A stretch of DNA of 64,000 nt, from NCBI GenBank assembly GCA_035636315.1, contig DASPZJ010000021.1:1667-65666 (forward strand). Reading direction: 5' to 3'. Each line of letters starts with the position of its first letter. Position 1 is the first letter of the stretch. The translations under genes were made by a program, and so were the position numbers. The notes under the pieces are model-generated. The model saw nothing but the letters and a program-made list of their open reading frames with translations. It did no database searches and was not told the origin of the DNA. Shown here one piece after another: positions 25,841 to 34,683 of this stretch. The DNA comes from Thermoplasmata archaeon. GTDB lineage: Archaea; Thermoplasmatota; Thermoplasmata; RBG-16-68-12.

Positions 25841-26929
25841 CTAATCTTCGCCTTTCTTGCGGCGCCGATTCACGGCGACGATCGTGAGCCCGACGAGAAG
25901 GCCCACCGCGGCGAAGGACCCCGCATACAGGACGAGGTCCGCTTGCAGCTCGGGAGGCGTCCCCAGGATGTGCTCGTACACCGCGCTCTCGACGCCGAGC
26001 GTCGGATCGTGTTCGATTCCCGCGCGCACCGCAGAGGGGACCTGCTCCGGATAGGCGAGGTACATGTCGTACTGGGCGGGCGCCGGTTCGGAAGTCACGA
26101 CCGTCGCATTCACCGGGACGCCATCCGCCATGGCCCTCTTGGACCACGAGAAGAACACGGTCGCCGGGTGGTCGGATGGTCCGTCGGTCACATTCACCGC
26201 GCCATCGCCCTGCGCGAAGGCGTGGACGTCATCCCAGCTGCGCTCGCTGTACGTGAATTCGCCTTCCGTGTCCAACTGCATCTCGATCCCCACGCTCGCG
26301 CCGGGGTTCACGAGGTTGTGATTGATCGCGATTCCCATCTTCATCTCCATCGGAGTGAGGACGCGGCTGCTGGCGATGCGCATGAAGCGCTGGGCAATCG
26401 TCAGATTCAACGTCACCTCGTCTCCGAGGCTTCGGACGATGAAGTTGAACACCCGGCCCCCGTCCGGGTCGGTGCGGTTGAATCGAACGACGGGGACGCC
26501 GCCGAACGCCGCGTCCCCCAGGGTGAAGTTGCGCAGGACCTCGCCGGTGTCGATTCGCTCGTTTCGGTTCGAATCAGCCCATTCGACGAGATTGCGAAGT
26601 TCGAGCTGGTACTCGCTCGACGCCCCCTCCGTGCTCGCGTACCACACGTCGAACGTGCCCGACTTGTACGAGACCCCGAACTGGTCTTGAAGGCCCGGGC
26701 TCGCGAGCACGCTCGTGACGAGGAATTCGCTGCCCGATTCCCTCGGCGAGGAGACGAGACGCTGGGTCGCCAGCTCGATCGCATCGGGGACCCCGTCTCC
26801 GTCGGAATCCGTGTCGGTCGGAACCAACCGCGCATCGGACGCGGCCCGAACCACGATCGCCGTTGCGAATACGAGCGCGAATACGGACGTCGCCGCGAAC
26901 GCACGGACCAGCCTGCGGGAAGCCGCCAC
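25841..26929 (-). CDS. Secreted sequon-rich protein with signal peptide and C-terminal TM anchor plus basic tail
   Basis: GTG start. Signal-like N-terminus AATSVFALVFATAIVVRAAS. N-x-S/T sequons (NFT, NRT, NLT, NVT, NAT). C-terminus FAAVGLLVGLTIVAVNRRRKKGED*. Confidence 0.6.
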   Translation of the reverse strand: MAASRRLVRAFAATSVFALVFATAIVVRAASDARLVPTDTDSDGDGVPDAIELATQRLVSSPRESGSEFLVTSVLASPGLQDQFGVSYKSGTFDVWYASTEGASSEYQLELRNLVEWADSNRNERIDTGEVLRNFTLGDAAFGGVPVVRFNRTDPDGGRVFNFIVRSLGDEVTLNLTIAQRFMRIASSRVLTPMEMKMGIAINHNLVNPGASVGIEMQLDTEGEFTYSERSWDDVHAFAQGDGAVNVTDGPSDHPATVFFSWSKRAMADGVPVNATVVTSEPAPAQYDMYLAYPEQVPSAVRAGIEHDPTLGVESAVYEHILGTPPELQADLVLYAGSFAAVGLLVGLTIVAVNRRRKKGED

Positions 26930-27059
26930 GGACCGTCCTCCCGAGTCGATGGGGGGAGGCGAATATAAGGAGCTTATTATACGGTTTTCGAAGCTCCCCG
27001 GGCGCCCCTATCGGGCTTGCGCTACGCCCCCTCTCTTCGCTCCCCGCCCTGACGCGACA

Positions 27060-27293
27060 TCATTCGCGGATGACTTCTCCGAACGCCATCCGGCGATGGA
27101 CCTTCGTGATGCGGATCTTGACTTGATCCCCAATCTTCGTCCCCGGGACGAAGACCACGAAGTTCTGGATTCGCGCCAGTCCATCGCCTTCCCGACCGAT
27201 GTCCTCGATCTTCGCCTCATAGACCTTCCCCTCCTCCACCGGAAGGTTCGAAGGTCGGAGGCCAGAGCCCGAATACGACATCCGATACTCCAT
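27060..27293 (-). CDS. TRAM-domain protein
   Basis: EGKVYEAKIEDIGREGDGLARIQNFVVFVPGTKIGDQVKIRITKVHRRMAFGEVI matches stand-alone archaeal TRAM domains. Confidence 0.8.
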   Translation of the reverse strand: MEYRMSYSGSGLRPSNLPVEEGKVYEAKIEDIGREGDGLARIQNFVVFVPGTKIGDQVKIRITKVHRRMAFGEVIRE

Positions 27294-27380
27294 GCGGCGA
27301 GGCTCCCCCGCCGTGCGTTCGCATCACGTTGTGCGGTATTTAATGATATAGGGGTGCGGTCGCGCCGGAAGAAGGAACCG

Positions 27381-27848
27381 TCACGGCCCGCGCAGCGCGT
27401 TCAGGTCCTTCTCGACGTCGGAGGGGCGAGAGAACCGCAGCGAAAGGATGAGGAACACGATGCCGACGATCAGGACGATCAGGCCGATCGCGGTCACGAG
27501 TCGGTTCCATGAACCGAACGCATCGAAGGCGTTGAACTCACCGAAGCCGATCCGGAGGACGTCGTGAAGCCAGGAGCCGAGCGCAATCCCGGGACCGCCG
27601 AGGAGGATTAGGAAAATCCCCGTGTAGAACAAGAACTTCTCGCGGAACCCCGATTTCGATTCGCCGGTCTCCTCGTCGGCCTCCTCCGCCGCGGGTTCGG
27701 CGACGTCGAAGGTCTCCTCCCGGACGGGCTCCGATGCGACCGTCTCCATCTCAAAGAGCTCGCCGCATTGCGGGCACTCGGTCGCGTCCATCGGGACGAC
27801 GGCCTTGCACGTCGGGCACTCGGCGACGAGCGATTGGGGCTGCGCCAT
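27381..27848 (-). CDS. Zinc-ribbon membrane protein
   Basis: CPTCKAVVPMDATECPQCG zinc ribbon, an acidic linker, then two TM helices. GGAGG lies 5 nt upstream of the ATG. Confidence 0.55.
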   Translation of the reverse strand: MAQPQSLVAECPTCKAVVPMDATECPQCGELFEMETVASEPVREETFDVAEPAAEEADEETGESKSGFREKFLFYTGIFLILLGGPGIALGSWLHDVLRIGFGEFNAFDAFGSWNRLVTAIGLIVLIVGIVFLILSLRFSRPSDVEKDLNALRGP

Positions 27849-27896
27849 AGCCTCCTCCGGCTCCCGCGTTCTGAGGCTATAGTCGTTTGGTCCCGC

Positions 27897-27914
27897 CTAT
27901 CCGAATTGATAGGA
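27897..27914. promoter_or_regulatory. Perfect inverted repeat CCTATC-cgaatt-GATAGG in the promoter region of 27381..27848
   Basis: 6-bp half-sites with a 6-bp spacer, ~50 bp upstream of the start codon and next to a tatag element. Confidence 0.35.
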
Positions 27915-28015
27915 AAGACCTCGGCTCCGTGGAGTGACGGGCGGAAGGCATTCGGAGACCGACCCGGAGGGGAAGGCCCGTGCTTCCTCGGCGCGGTTCC
28001 GGCATGCTGCGGAGA

Positions 28016-28309
28016 TCAAAGGGCGAGCTTGGGCTTGGCGAGCCACGGGACGTGGATCTGCCCGACGAGATCGCGCCACTCCGCGGGCATCGGTCGCCCG
28101 GAGTCGTCTCGCCGGTACCAGTCCAAGACCTGATCGACCTTGATGTCTCGGCCCGAGATCGCGACCATGAGGGCGTTGCGGACGTTCGCCGCGGCCTCCG
28201 CCGCCACCTCGTTCTCGAAAATCGCTGCGTACGGCGTCTGGGACATCCACCAGAGGACGAGGTAGTACGTCTTCTTCGTCGCGATGCGCGGGCGTCTCGG
28301 CTTCATCAT
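28016..28309 (-). CDS. Hypothetical protein (97 aa)
   Basis: Protein-like composition (…YYLVLWWMSQTPYAAIFENEVAAEAAANVRNALMVAISGRDIKVDQVLDWY…). TATA-like gatttatc upstream. No family recognised. Confidence 0.4.
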   Translation of the reverse strand: MMKPRRPRIATKKTYYLVLWWMSQTPYAAIFENEVAAEAAANVRNALMVAISGRDIKVDQVLDWYRRDDSGRPMPAEWRDLVGQIHVPWLAKPKLAL

Positions 28310-28413
28310 GGGTTCGGTTCCCCTCGACGGGAGCGAATCCGTCGACGGAACAAATCACGCAGTCGGGTGATAAATCGCTTATTGGACGGTTCTCAAATCT
28401 GAGACTTGTTGCG

Positions 28414-29079
28414 TCACTCGGCGAACCACACGCCGCAGGAGCAGCGGGCTTGGTCGGAGGCTACGCGCGACCCGCAACGGGGGCACGAATACACGAGTAG
28501 GTCGAGGTCTCCGGCAGGACCGAACGTCACGCCACACACGGGACACCCGCCCGAACCCGAGGGAACCGTCGCTCCACACTCGGGGCAAGCGAACGAGAGC
28601 GTGGTCGATTCTCCGAATCGCACACCGCACTCGCAATCCGTCGCTTCCTCAGACACGATGCGTCCGCACGAAGGGCACTGGTACAGCTCGACGTATGCCT
28701 CCTTGCCCCGGGGCCGAGCCTTCCGTTGTCCCCGTGAGGGTCCGTCGATCTCGCGGACGCGCTGGAGATCTTCGAAGACTTGTGTCAGGTTTCGTCCTCG
28801 CGCCTTCGGCGATCCTCGTGTGACGGGACCGATCCGGGAGTTGACCGATCGACCGGAGCCGTAGGCGCCTCCCGTCCCTCCGGCGAACGCCGATCCGCAG
28901 TGCTGACAGTGATCGAGTTCGAACGGCGTCAGCTTGCGGCACTTCCAGCAGAGAATCCGCGGCATGGGGCCGAGCTTGGCCATGACCCTGTCCATCTCCG
29001 TGTCCCGTCGGCCGACGACGCCGACGTGCTTTGTGCGTTGCGCCACCGTCATTTGACCTCCCAGCGGACAGTCGTACAT
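28414..29079 (-). CDS. Multi-zinc-ribbon protein (5 CxxC...CxxC pairs)
   Basis: Repeated CWKCRK...CQHCG, CPSCG...CECG, CPECG...CPVCG, CPRCG...CSCG units. The start may be internal (MAKLGPMPRIL). Confidence 0.5.
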   Translation of the reverse strand: MYDCPLGGQMTVAQRTKHVGVVGRRDTEMDRVMAKLGPMPRILCWKCRKLTPFELDHCQHCGSAFAGGTGGAYGSGRSVNSRIGPVTRGSPKARGRNLTQVFEDLQRVREIDGPSRGQRKARPRGKEAYVELYQCPSCGRIVSEEATDCECGVRFGESTTLSFACPECGATVPSGSGGCPVCGVTFGPAGDLDLLVYSCPRCGSRVASDQARCSCGVWFAE

Positions 29080-29225
29080 CGCGGTTTTCGAGCATCACAC
29101 ATTCGCCAAAACTGGCGGGGACTGAGAATCAGGTTCGAGTCTCGTTTCCGATATCTCCATGACGGAGGCCGGGACAGAGACCGCCGCGAATGCTTTAAGG
29201 GCGCCTCCCCGCTTGGCCCTCGCGA

Positions 29226-31361
29226 ATGGCGAAGATCCTCGTCTGCGTCGCCTGGCCGTACGCGTCGGGACCCCGGCATCTGGGCCACGCCGTCTCCACG
29301 TTCATCCCGGCGGACGTCGTCGCCCGCTTCCACCGGATGAAAGGGGACGAGGTGCTCATGGTGGGCGGGACGGACATGCACGGCACGCCCACGATGGTCC
29401 GCGCGGATCAGGAAGGGGTGTCGCCCGCCGTCATCGCGGAGCGATATCACGCGCTCGATGCGAAGAACATCGAGCAGCTCGGCGTGCGATACGATCTCTA
29501 TTGGAACACCGCGGCCGCGAACCACAAGAAGTGGGTGCAGGAGATCTTCCTCCGGCTCCGAGACCGAGGCCACGTCTACGAGGCGATGATGACCTCGCCG
29601 TTCTGCCCGACGGGAAACCACTTCCTCCCGGATCGCTACGTCGAGGGCACCTGCCCGATCTGCGGGTTCCCGAAAGCCCGGGGGGACCAATGCGACAACT
29701 GCACGAACCTGATGGATCCGTTCCAGCTCATCGACCCGAAGTGCAAGATCCACGGCACGACGCCGGTCCCGCGGGAAACGAAGCATTTCTTCTTTCGGCT
29801 CACCGCGTTCCAGGAACGCCTGGCGAGGTGGGCCTCCGAGGACAAGGAGCACTGGAGGCACCACGTCCTCACCTTCACCCGGTCGTGGCTCCAGGAAGGA
29901 TTGAAAGATCGGCCGATCACCCGCGATCTCGACTGGGGCATCGAGGTCCCGGTCCCCGGGTACGAGACGAAACGGATCTACGTTTGGTTCGAGGCCGTGA
30001 TGGGCTATCTGACCGCGACGAGGGAGTGGTACCGCCGCCGCGGGGCGCCGGATGGGTGGAAAGACTTCTGGTACGATCCCGAGGCCCGTCATTACTACTT
30101 CATCGGCAAGGACAACATCGTATTCCATACGATCTTCTGGTCGGCGATCCTCCTCGGGTACGACGAGCGGCTCGTCCTGCCGTACGACGTGCCCGCGACG
30201 CAATACCTGAACTTCTCGGGCGAGAAGATGAGCGCGGGGAGGGGGAAAGGCGTCTGGCTCCCGGACCTCCTGGAACGGTTTGACCCGGACCAACTCCGGT
30301 ACTACGGCATCGCGACGATGCCCGAGACGAAGGACACGGACTTCGAATGGGCGGACTTCGCGCAGCGGAACAACAGCGAGCTGCTCGCGGTCTACGGGAA
30401 CTTCGTCCACCGCGCCCTCACATTCGCGGACAAGAACTTCAATCACGAGGTGCCTCCGGCCGGCTTCCTCGACGCGGTCGACAAGGCGATGGTCCGCGCG
30501 ATCGAGCAGCAGTGGAAGCACGTCGGCCAGAATCTCGAATACGTGCACCTGAAGGACGCGATGAAGGACGCGATCCAGCTCGCCCGGCTCGGGAACCAGT
30601 ACATCGACCAGAAGGCTCCGTGGGACCTGATCAAGAAGGATCGGGCGGCGTGCGGCACGGCGATCCACATCGCGCTGAGGGTCACGCGCTCCCTCGCGAT
30701 CGTCATGGCACCGTTCCTGCCGTTCAGTTCCTCTCGCCTTTGGCACGCCGTCGGATACGACTCGGAGGTGCACGAGCGACGGTGGGAGGACGCGCTCGAC
30801 GACGTACCAGCCGGGCAACGGCTTCGCGTCGGGAAGCCCCTTTTCACGAAGATCGAACTCGCGGACGCGAAGGACGACCTCTCGAGTCGGTTCGACATCC
30901 GGGTCGCGAAGGTCGTCGACGTCCAGCCGCACCCGAACGCCGATAACCTGTACGTGCTGCAGGTCGACCTGGGGGACGAGCGTCGACAGATCGTCGCCGG
31001 GATTCGGAAGGATTACTCGATTGATCAGCTCCGCGGTCGGAAGATCGTCCTGCTCGCGAACCTCGAGCCCGCGAAGCTCCGTGGAGTCGAGAGCCGAGGC
31101 ATGCTCCTCGCGGGGGAAACTAAAGCCGACGTCGGACTGGCCCTACCTCCCGAGGACGCGCCGGTGGGTTCGCAGGTGTTCGGCGAGAAGGGCGCGGACG
31201 TCCTCCCGTTTTCGGAGTTCCAGAAGTTGAAGCTCGAGGTGGGCCCTGGGGGCACCGTCCTCTTCCTCGGCCACGACGGAGAAGTCCGTGTGACCTTCGC
31301 CGTGGACGGGATCCCGCTCACCGTCGACAAGCGGCTGCCCGAGGGGACCTGGATCCACTAG
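29226..31361 (+). CDS. metG: Methionyl-tRNA synthetase with C-terminal tRNA-binding (EMAP-like) domain
   Basis: WPYASGPRHLGHAVS (HIGH-class motif), zinc-knuckle CPICG...CDNC, KMSAGRGKG (KMSKS variant), C-terminal OB-fold. Confidence 0.95.
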   Translation: MAKILVCVAWPYASGPRHLGHAVSTFIPADVVARFHRMKGDEVLMVGGTDMHGTPTMVRADQEGVSPAVIAERYHALDAKNIEQLGVRYDLYWNTAAANHKKWVQEIFLRLRDRGHVYEAMMTSPFCPTGNHFLPDRYVEGTCPICGFPKARGDQCDNCTNLMDPFQLIDPKCKIHGTTPVPRETKHFFFRLTAFQERLARWASEDKEHWRHHVLTFTRSWLQEGLKDRPITRDLDWGIEVPVPGYETKRIYVWFEAVMGYLTATREWYRRRGAPDGWKDFWYDPEARHYYFIGKDNIVFHTIFWSAILLGYDERLVLPYDVPATQYLNFSGEKMSAGRGKGVWLPDLLERFDPDQLRYYGIATMPETKDTDFEWADFAQRNNSELLAVYGNFVHRALTFADKNFNHEVPPAGFLDAVDKAMVRAIEQQWKHVGQNLEYVHLKDAMKDAIQLARLGNQYIDQKAPWDLIKKDRAACGTAIHIALRVTRSLAIVMAPFLPFSSSRLWHAVGYDSEVHERRWEDALDDVPAGQRLRVGKPLFTKIELADAKDDLSSRFDIRVAKVVDVQPHPNADNLYVLQVDLGDERRQIVAGIRKDYSIDQLRGRKIVLLANLEPAKLRGVESRGMLLAGETKADVGLALPPEDAPVGSQVFGEKGADVLPFSEFQKLKLEVGPGGTVLFLGHDGEVRVTFAVDGIPLTVDKRLPEGTWIH

Positions 31362-31412
31362 GAGCCAAGCCCGGAAGTCTTAAGGAAAAGCCCTCGTTGT
31401 GCGGCGTCTTCC

Positions 31413-32075
31413 GTGCGCTTGGACCTCCACAACCACACCCGCCACTCCCCCGATTCTCGCGTGGCGCCGGCGGACCTCGTCACGGTGGCACAGCGGGCCG
31501 GCCTTGCGGGCGTTGCGATTACGGATCACAATTCGATGGGAGGAGTGCGCGGTGCGCAGGAAGCCGCACGGGGATCCTTCCTCGTCATCCCGGCCATCGA
31601 AGTCTCGACCCGATCGGGCCACGTGCTCGGCTACGGCCTCCACGACGTCGTCCCCCGCGGGCTGTCGGTTCGGGAAACCGTCGAGCGGATCGTCGCCGCC
31701 GGAGGCGTCCCGGTCGCCGCCCATCCGTACCGCTTCTGGTCTGGGCTGGGAGACGAGGGGCTCGCCGAGACCTCATTTCCGGCCCACGAGACCCGCAACG
31801 GACGGACGCTGCGGCGCGGGAACGAGCGCGCACACGAGCGGGCGAGCGCCCTCCACGTCGGCGAGACAGGCGGGAGCGACAGTCATTTCCTTGACGAGGT
31901 CGCGAAGGCCGTCACCGCCATCGACGCGGGGAATCTACCGCTCGACGACATCCTCCAGCAACTCGGCCAGGGCAAGACGACCGCCGAAGGGACGGACCGC
32001 GGCGCGGGCGCGACCGCCCGGTACGTGACGAAGGCCGTTTCCGAGTGGATCGGCCGAGGGATGCGGCGGATCTAG
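31413..32075 (+). CDS. PHP-domain metal-dependent phosphoesterase
   Basis: RLDLHNHTRHSPDS, AITDHNS, PAIEVS, AAHPYR, GGSDSHF match PHP-family motifs. GTG start. Confidence 0.8.
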   Translation: MRLDLHNHTRHSPDSRVAPADLVTVAQRAGLAGVAITDHNSMGGVRGAQEAARGSFLVIPAIEVSTRSGHVLGYGLHDVVPRGLSVRETVERIVAAGGVPVAAHPYRFWSGLGDEGLAETSFPAHETRNGRTLRRGNERAHERASALHVGETGGSDSHFLDEVAKAVTAIDAGNLPLDDILQQLGQGKTTAEGTDRGAGATARYVTKAVSEWIGRGMRRI

Positions 32076-32431
32076 AGGTGTTCTTCGATCCGCGGGACGT
32101 ACTTCTCGACGGCCTGTTTCGTCCGCGCCGGATCGGCGGACAGCGGGAGGCGCAGCACGAGGAGCGCTTTCCGGCCCCCGTGGATGATGAGATAGCGGGT
32201 TCCTTTCGCGTTGATGATGACGCTCTCGAGGGCGTCCTTCGCCTCGGAGGTCACGGTCTCCGCGGAGCCCACGAGCACCGCGAACATCGATCCGAACGTA
32301 TCCACGTGGACGCCTTTCGGGAAGCTGCCGGCGAGGTAGGTCCCCGCGAGGGAGACGAGCATCGCCTCCTGCACGCCGTCGTTCTGCTCGATGTCTCGGA
32401 GAATCGACTCGAGGGCGGTGGTGTCGACCAT
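32072..32431 (-). CDS. Roadblock/LC7-domain protein (start may be the GTG at 32512, overlapping the ribH stop)
   Basis: EAMLVSLAGTYLAGSFPKGVHVDTFGSMFAVLVGSAETV...GTRYLIIHGGRKALLVLRL matches the roadblock pattern. Confidence 0.65.
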   Translation of the reverse strand: MVDTTALESILRDIEQNDGVQEAMLVSLAGTYLAGSFPKGVHVDTFGSMFAVLVGSAETVTSEAKDALESVIINAKGTRYLIIHGGRKALLVLRLPLSADPARTKQAVEKYVPRIEEHL

Positions 32432-32508
32432 GCGGTGGTCCCAGACCGGCCCCGATGGAAGCCTCGCGGGATTAAACCTTTCCGACCTAAATCTCAGGGG
32501 GAAAACGG

Positions 32509-32916
32509 TCACAGACCCCGGAGCAATGCGTGCATCGAGACCACGGCGTCGACGGCGTCCGCGCCCTTCCCGGCGCGGGCCATCGCCTGCTCGTCCGTCA
32601 TCCCGGGACCCGTGATCCCGAATCCGACCGGCTTGCCGGTCCGCAGCCCGATGTCGAGCAAGGCCTTCGGCACCGCGGCCATGAGGGCCTCATCGTGGAG
32701 CGTCTCCCCTTTGATGACCGCACCGATCGCGACCGCCGCGTCGACGTCGCCGCGCTCCAAGAGGCGCTGCACGGCCAACGGAATCTCGAACGCCCCCGGG
32801 ACCCGGACGACGGACGTCACGCGGATCCCTCGCTCTTCCGCCCGGGCCAACGCCTTCCGGACCATGACGTCGGTCACCTCGCGGTTGAACTCGGCCGCGA
32901 CGATCGCGAGGTTCAT
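32509..32916 (-). CDS. ribH: 6,7-dimethyl-8-ribityllumazine synthase (RibH)
   Basis: NLAIVAAEFNREVTDVMVRKALARAEERG...VRVPGAFEIPLAV...GAVIKGETLHDE. Confidence 0.8.
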   Translation of the reverse strand: MNLAIVAAEFNREVTDVMVRKALARAEERGIRVTSVVRVPGAFEIPLAVQRLLERGDVDAAVAIGAVIKGETLHDEALMAAVPKALLDIGLRTGKPVGFGITGPGMTDEQAMARAGKGADAVDAVVSMHALLRGL

Positions 32917-33479
32917 CGACCCGTCCCCTTGAGGGGCCCCGCGTCCTCGAACCCCTCGCGCTGCCCCGTGCCCGCTCGGGATCGCATCGCCTCCGGACGG
33001 AAGAGCAGATCGTACGCGTTGACGGCGTGCTCCCGGGTGCGGCGGTCAAAGAGCCACGCGAGCCCGGCCTCGTCCGCCGCCTCGTCCTCGTGGACCATCA
33101 CGCCCAGGATGTGCCGACCGGCGTTCGCCTGGACGACCTGCAGGCCGAAATCCGCCGCGAGCGCGCAGTCTTTGTCGACCGGTTGACGGCCGACCATGCC
33201 GAGGGCGAGGACGATGTCGCATCCTCGGTCGAAGAGAATCTTCGCGCCGGCCGCGAGGTCCTTGATCCCGGGGACCGTGTACCGCTCGATCGAGAAGCCG
33301 CCGCCCTGCTTCCGGAGCTCGTCGACAGCGGCCGCGGCCATATCGTATCGCGCGAAGGACGTATCGACGATGCCGATCCGTCTCAGGCCTTTCCCCGGCG
33401 ACGCCGGGGCGGGGCGGCGCCGTCCCCCCGGACCCCCGCCTTTTCGACGTGACCGAGCCGCTCTTGGAGCGCCAGCCAT
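32913..33479 (-). CDS. ribC: Archaeal-type riboflavin synthase (RibC); true start uncertain
   Basis: RRIGIVDTSFARYDMAAAAVDELRK matches the archaeal riboflavin synthase N-terminus (KVGIVDTTFARVDM...). Upstream candidate starts overlap the ribL 3' end by ~97 nt. No ATG/GTG/TTG lies near the expected start. Confidence 0.6.
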   Translation of the reverse strand: MAGAPRAARSRRKGGGPGGRRRPAPASPGKGLRRIGIVDTSFARYDMAAAAVDELRKQGGGFSIERYTVPGIKDLAAGAKILFDRGCDIVLALGMVGRQPVDKDCALAADFGLQVVQANAGRHILGVMVHEDEAADEAGLAWLFDRRTREHAVNAYDLLFRPEAMRSRAGTGQREGFEDAGPLKGTGR

Positions 33480-33895
33480 TCCGCCACCTTCCTCACGATC
33501 TTGCGGGAGCCATCGAGGTCGCCCTCGAACCTCGCGAGGCGTACGACCCGCGTCGCCAGACCTCGCTGGCGGCACTCCTCGAGGATCCGCTCCTCTTGGT
33601 GCGCCTGGTCGAACCCCAAGGCGACGATATCCGGTCGGATGTCCCCGAGGATCTCGTAGATGTTGCCTTCGTTCCCCAGGACCGCCCGGTCCACGGGCTT
33701 GAGGGCCTCGACCATCTCCAGCCGGGATTTCTCCGGCATGATCGGCTCGTGCTTGAACCGCCGCGCCGTGCTATCCCGCGCGACGACGACCCACAGCTCG
33801 TCGCCGAGTTTTCGCGCCTCGCGGAGGAAATACAGATGACCGGGATGGAGGAGATCGAAGACCCCCGTCGCCATTACACGGACCACAAACGCCAC
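33383..33895 (-). CDS. ribL: Archaeal FAD synthetase RibL (cytidylyltransferase-like FMN adenylyltransferase)
   Basis: VMATGVFDLLHPGHLYFLREARKLGDELWVVVARD is an HxGH nucleotidyltransferase motif. Size and context are typical of RibL. Confidence 0.75.
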   Translation of the reverse strand: MAFVVRVMATGVFDLLHPGHLYFLREARKLGDELWVVVARDSTARRFKHEPIMPEKSRLEMVEALKPVDRAVLGNEGNIYEILGDIRPDIVALGFDQAHQEERILEECRQRGLATRVVRLARFEGDLDGSRKIVRKVAEWLALQERLGHVEKAGVRGDGAAPPRRRRGKA

Positions 33896-34572
33896 GCCCG
33901 GACGATGTCCTGCCCTTCCAGGAAGACGAGATTCCTCTCCCGAGCATATGCCTTTGCATGTTCCTTCGGGAGGGCCCGTCCATCGTCCCCCATCATCTCG
34001 CAGATGGTCGCGCTCGGCGAGAGTCCGGCCATGATCGTGAGGGCCGTCGTGAGCTCCGTGTGGCCGCGGCGTTCCGCGAGCAAGGGCTCCGCGGCGTTGA
34101 GCAGGGGAACGTGTCCCGGGGAGCGGAACTCGTCTGCGAAGGCGTGCGCCGCCCAGCCGTTCTCCCGCCGCAGCGCATCCTTCGCGATCTCCGCCAATCG
34201 GGCGATCGTCTTCGCCCGGTCTGTGTCCGTCACGCCCGTGTACGTGTCTCGATGGTTGACCGCGATTGAGAACGCGCTGTGCCGATCGTACTTCATGTCC
34301 TCCGTCGAGACGGCATTCAGGATCGGGTACACCCCGCTGGCGCGGCGCAGGACGTCCGTCATGTACGGCAGCCCGAGCCTCGCTCGGACCTCGCCGGAAA
34401 GGGTCGCGCAGATGAGCCCGCCCGCCTCCTTTCGCAGCGTGCGAATGGCGACCGGGGTGACGAACTCACTGGCGATCGCGAGATCCGTCTCCTCTTCGCG
34501 GCCGTCGGCGTCGTAGACCAGGACGAACGCCCCGCGTCGCAGGGAGTCGAGCGCCCGTTCGACGTCTCCCAC
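33874..34572 (-). CDS. ribB: 3,4-dihydroxy-2-butanone 4-phosphate synthase (RibB)
   Basis: FVLVYDADGREEETDLAIASEF, plus conserved RibB C-terminal motifs. Confidence 0.85.
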   Translation of the reverse strand: MGDVERALDSLRRGAFVLVYDADGREEETDLAIASEFVTPVAIRTLRKEAGGLICATLSGEVRARLGLPYMTDVLRRASGVYPILNAVSTEDMKYDRHSAFSIAVNHRDTYTGVTDTDRAKTIARLAEIAKDALRRENGWAAHAFADEFRSPGHVPLLNAAEPLLAERRGHTELTTALTIMAGLSPSATICEMMGDDGRALPKEHAKAYARERNLVFLEGQDIVRAWRLWSV

Positions 34573-34665
34573 GTCTCCATCGAGCGGACGCGGAATATAT
34601 CAAGATTATTGTAGGAACCAGCTTCTTGGTTCGATGGCGAGCGGACGCAGGACTTATCCGGATCA

Positions 34666-34677
34666 CCCCCATGGGGG
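34666..34677. promoter_or_regulatory. Perfect 12-nt palindrome CCCCCATGGGGG (followed by GGGCCCGGG) 7 nt upstream of the PGI/PMI start codon
   Basis: Seen directly in the 5' leader. The ribB/PGI bidirectional AT-rich promoter (ggaatatatcaagattattgtagg, 34591..34614) lies upstream. Confidence 0.3.
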
Positions 34678-34683
34678 CCCGGG

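Noticed and set aside
27849-28015. Possible RNase P RNA fragment suggested by AGGAAAGACCTCGGCTCC
   Set aside because: The match to the P4 consensus is only partial, there is no surrounding conserved structure, and the region is far too short. More likely a promoter/leader containing the CCTATC-n6-GATAGG palindrome.
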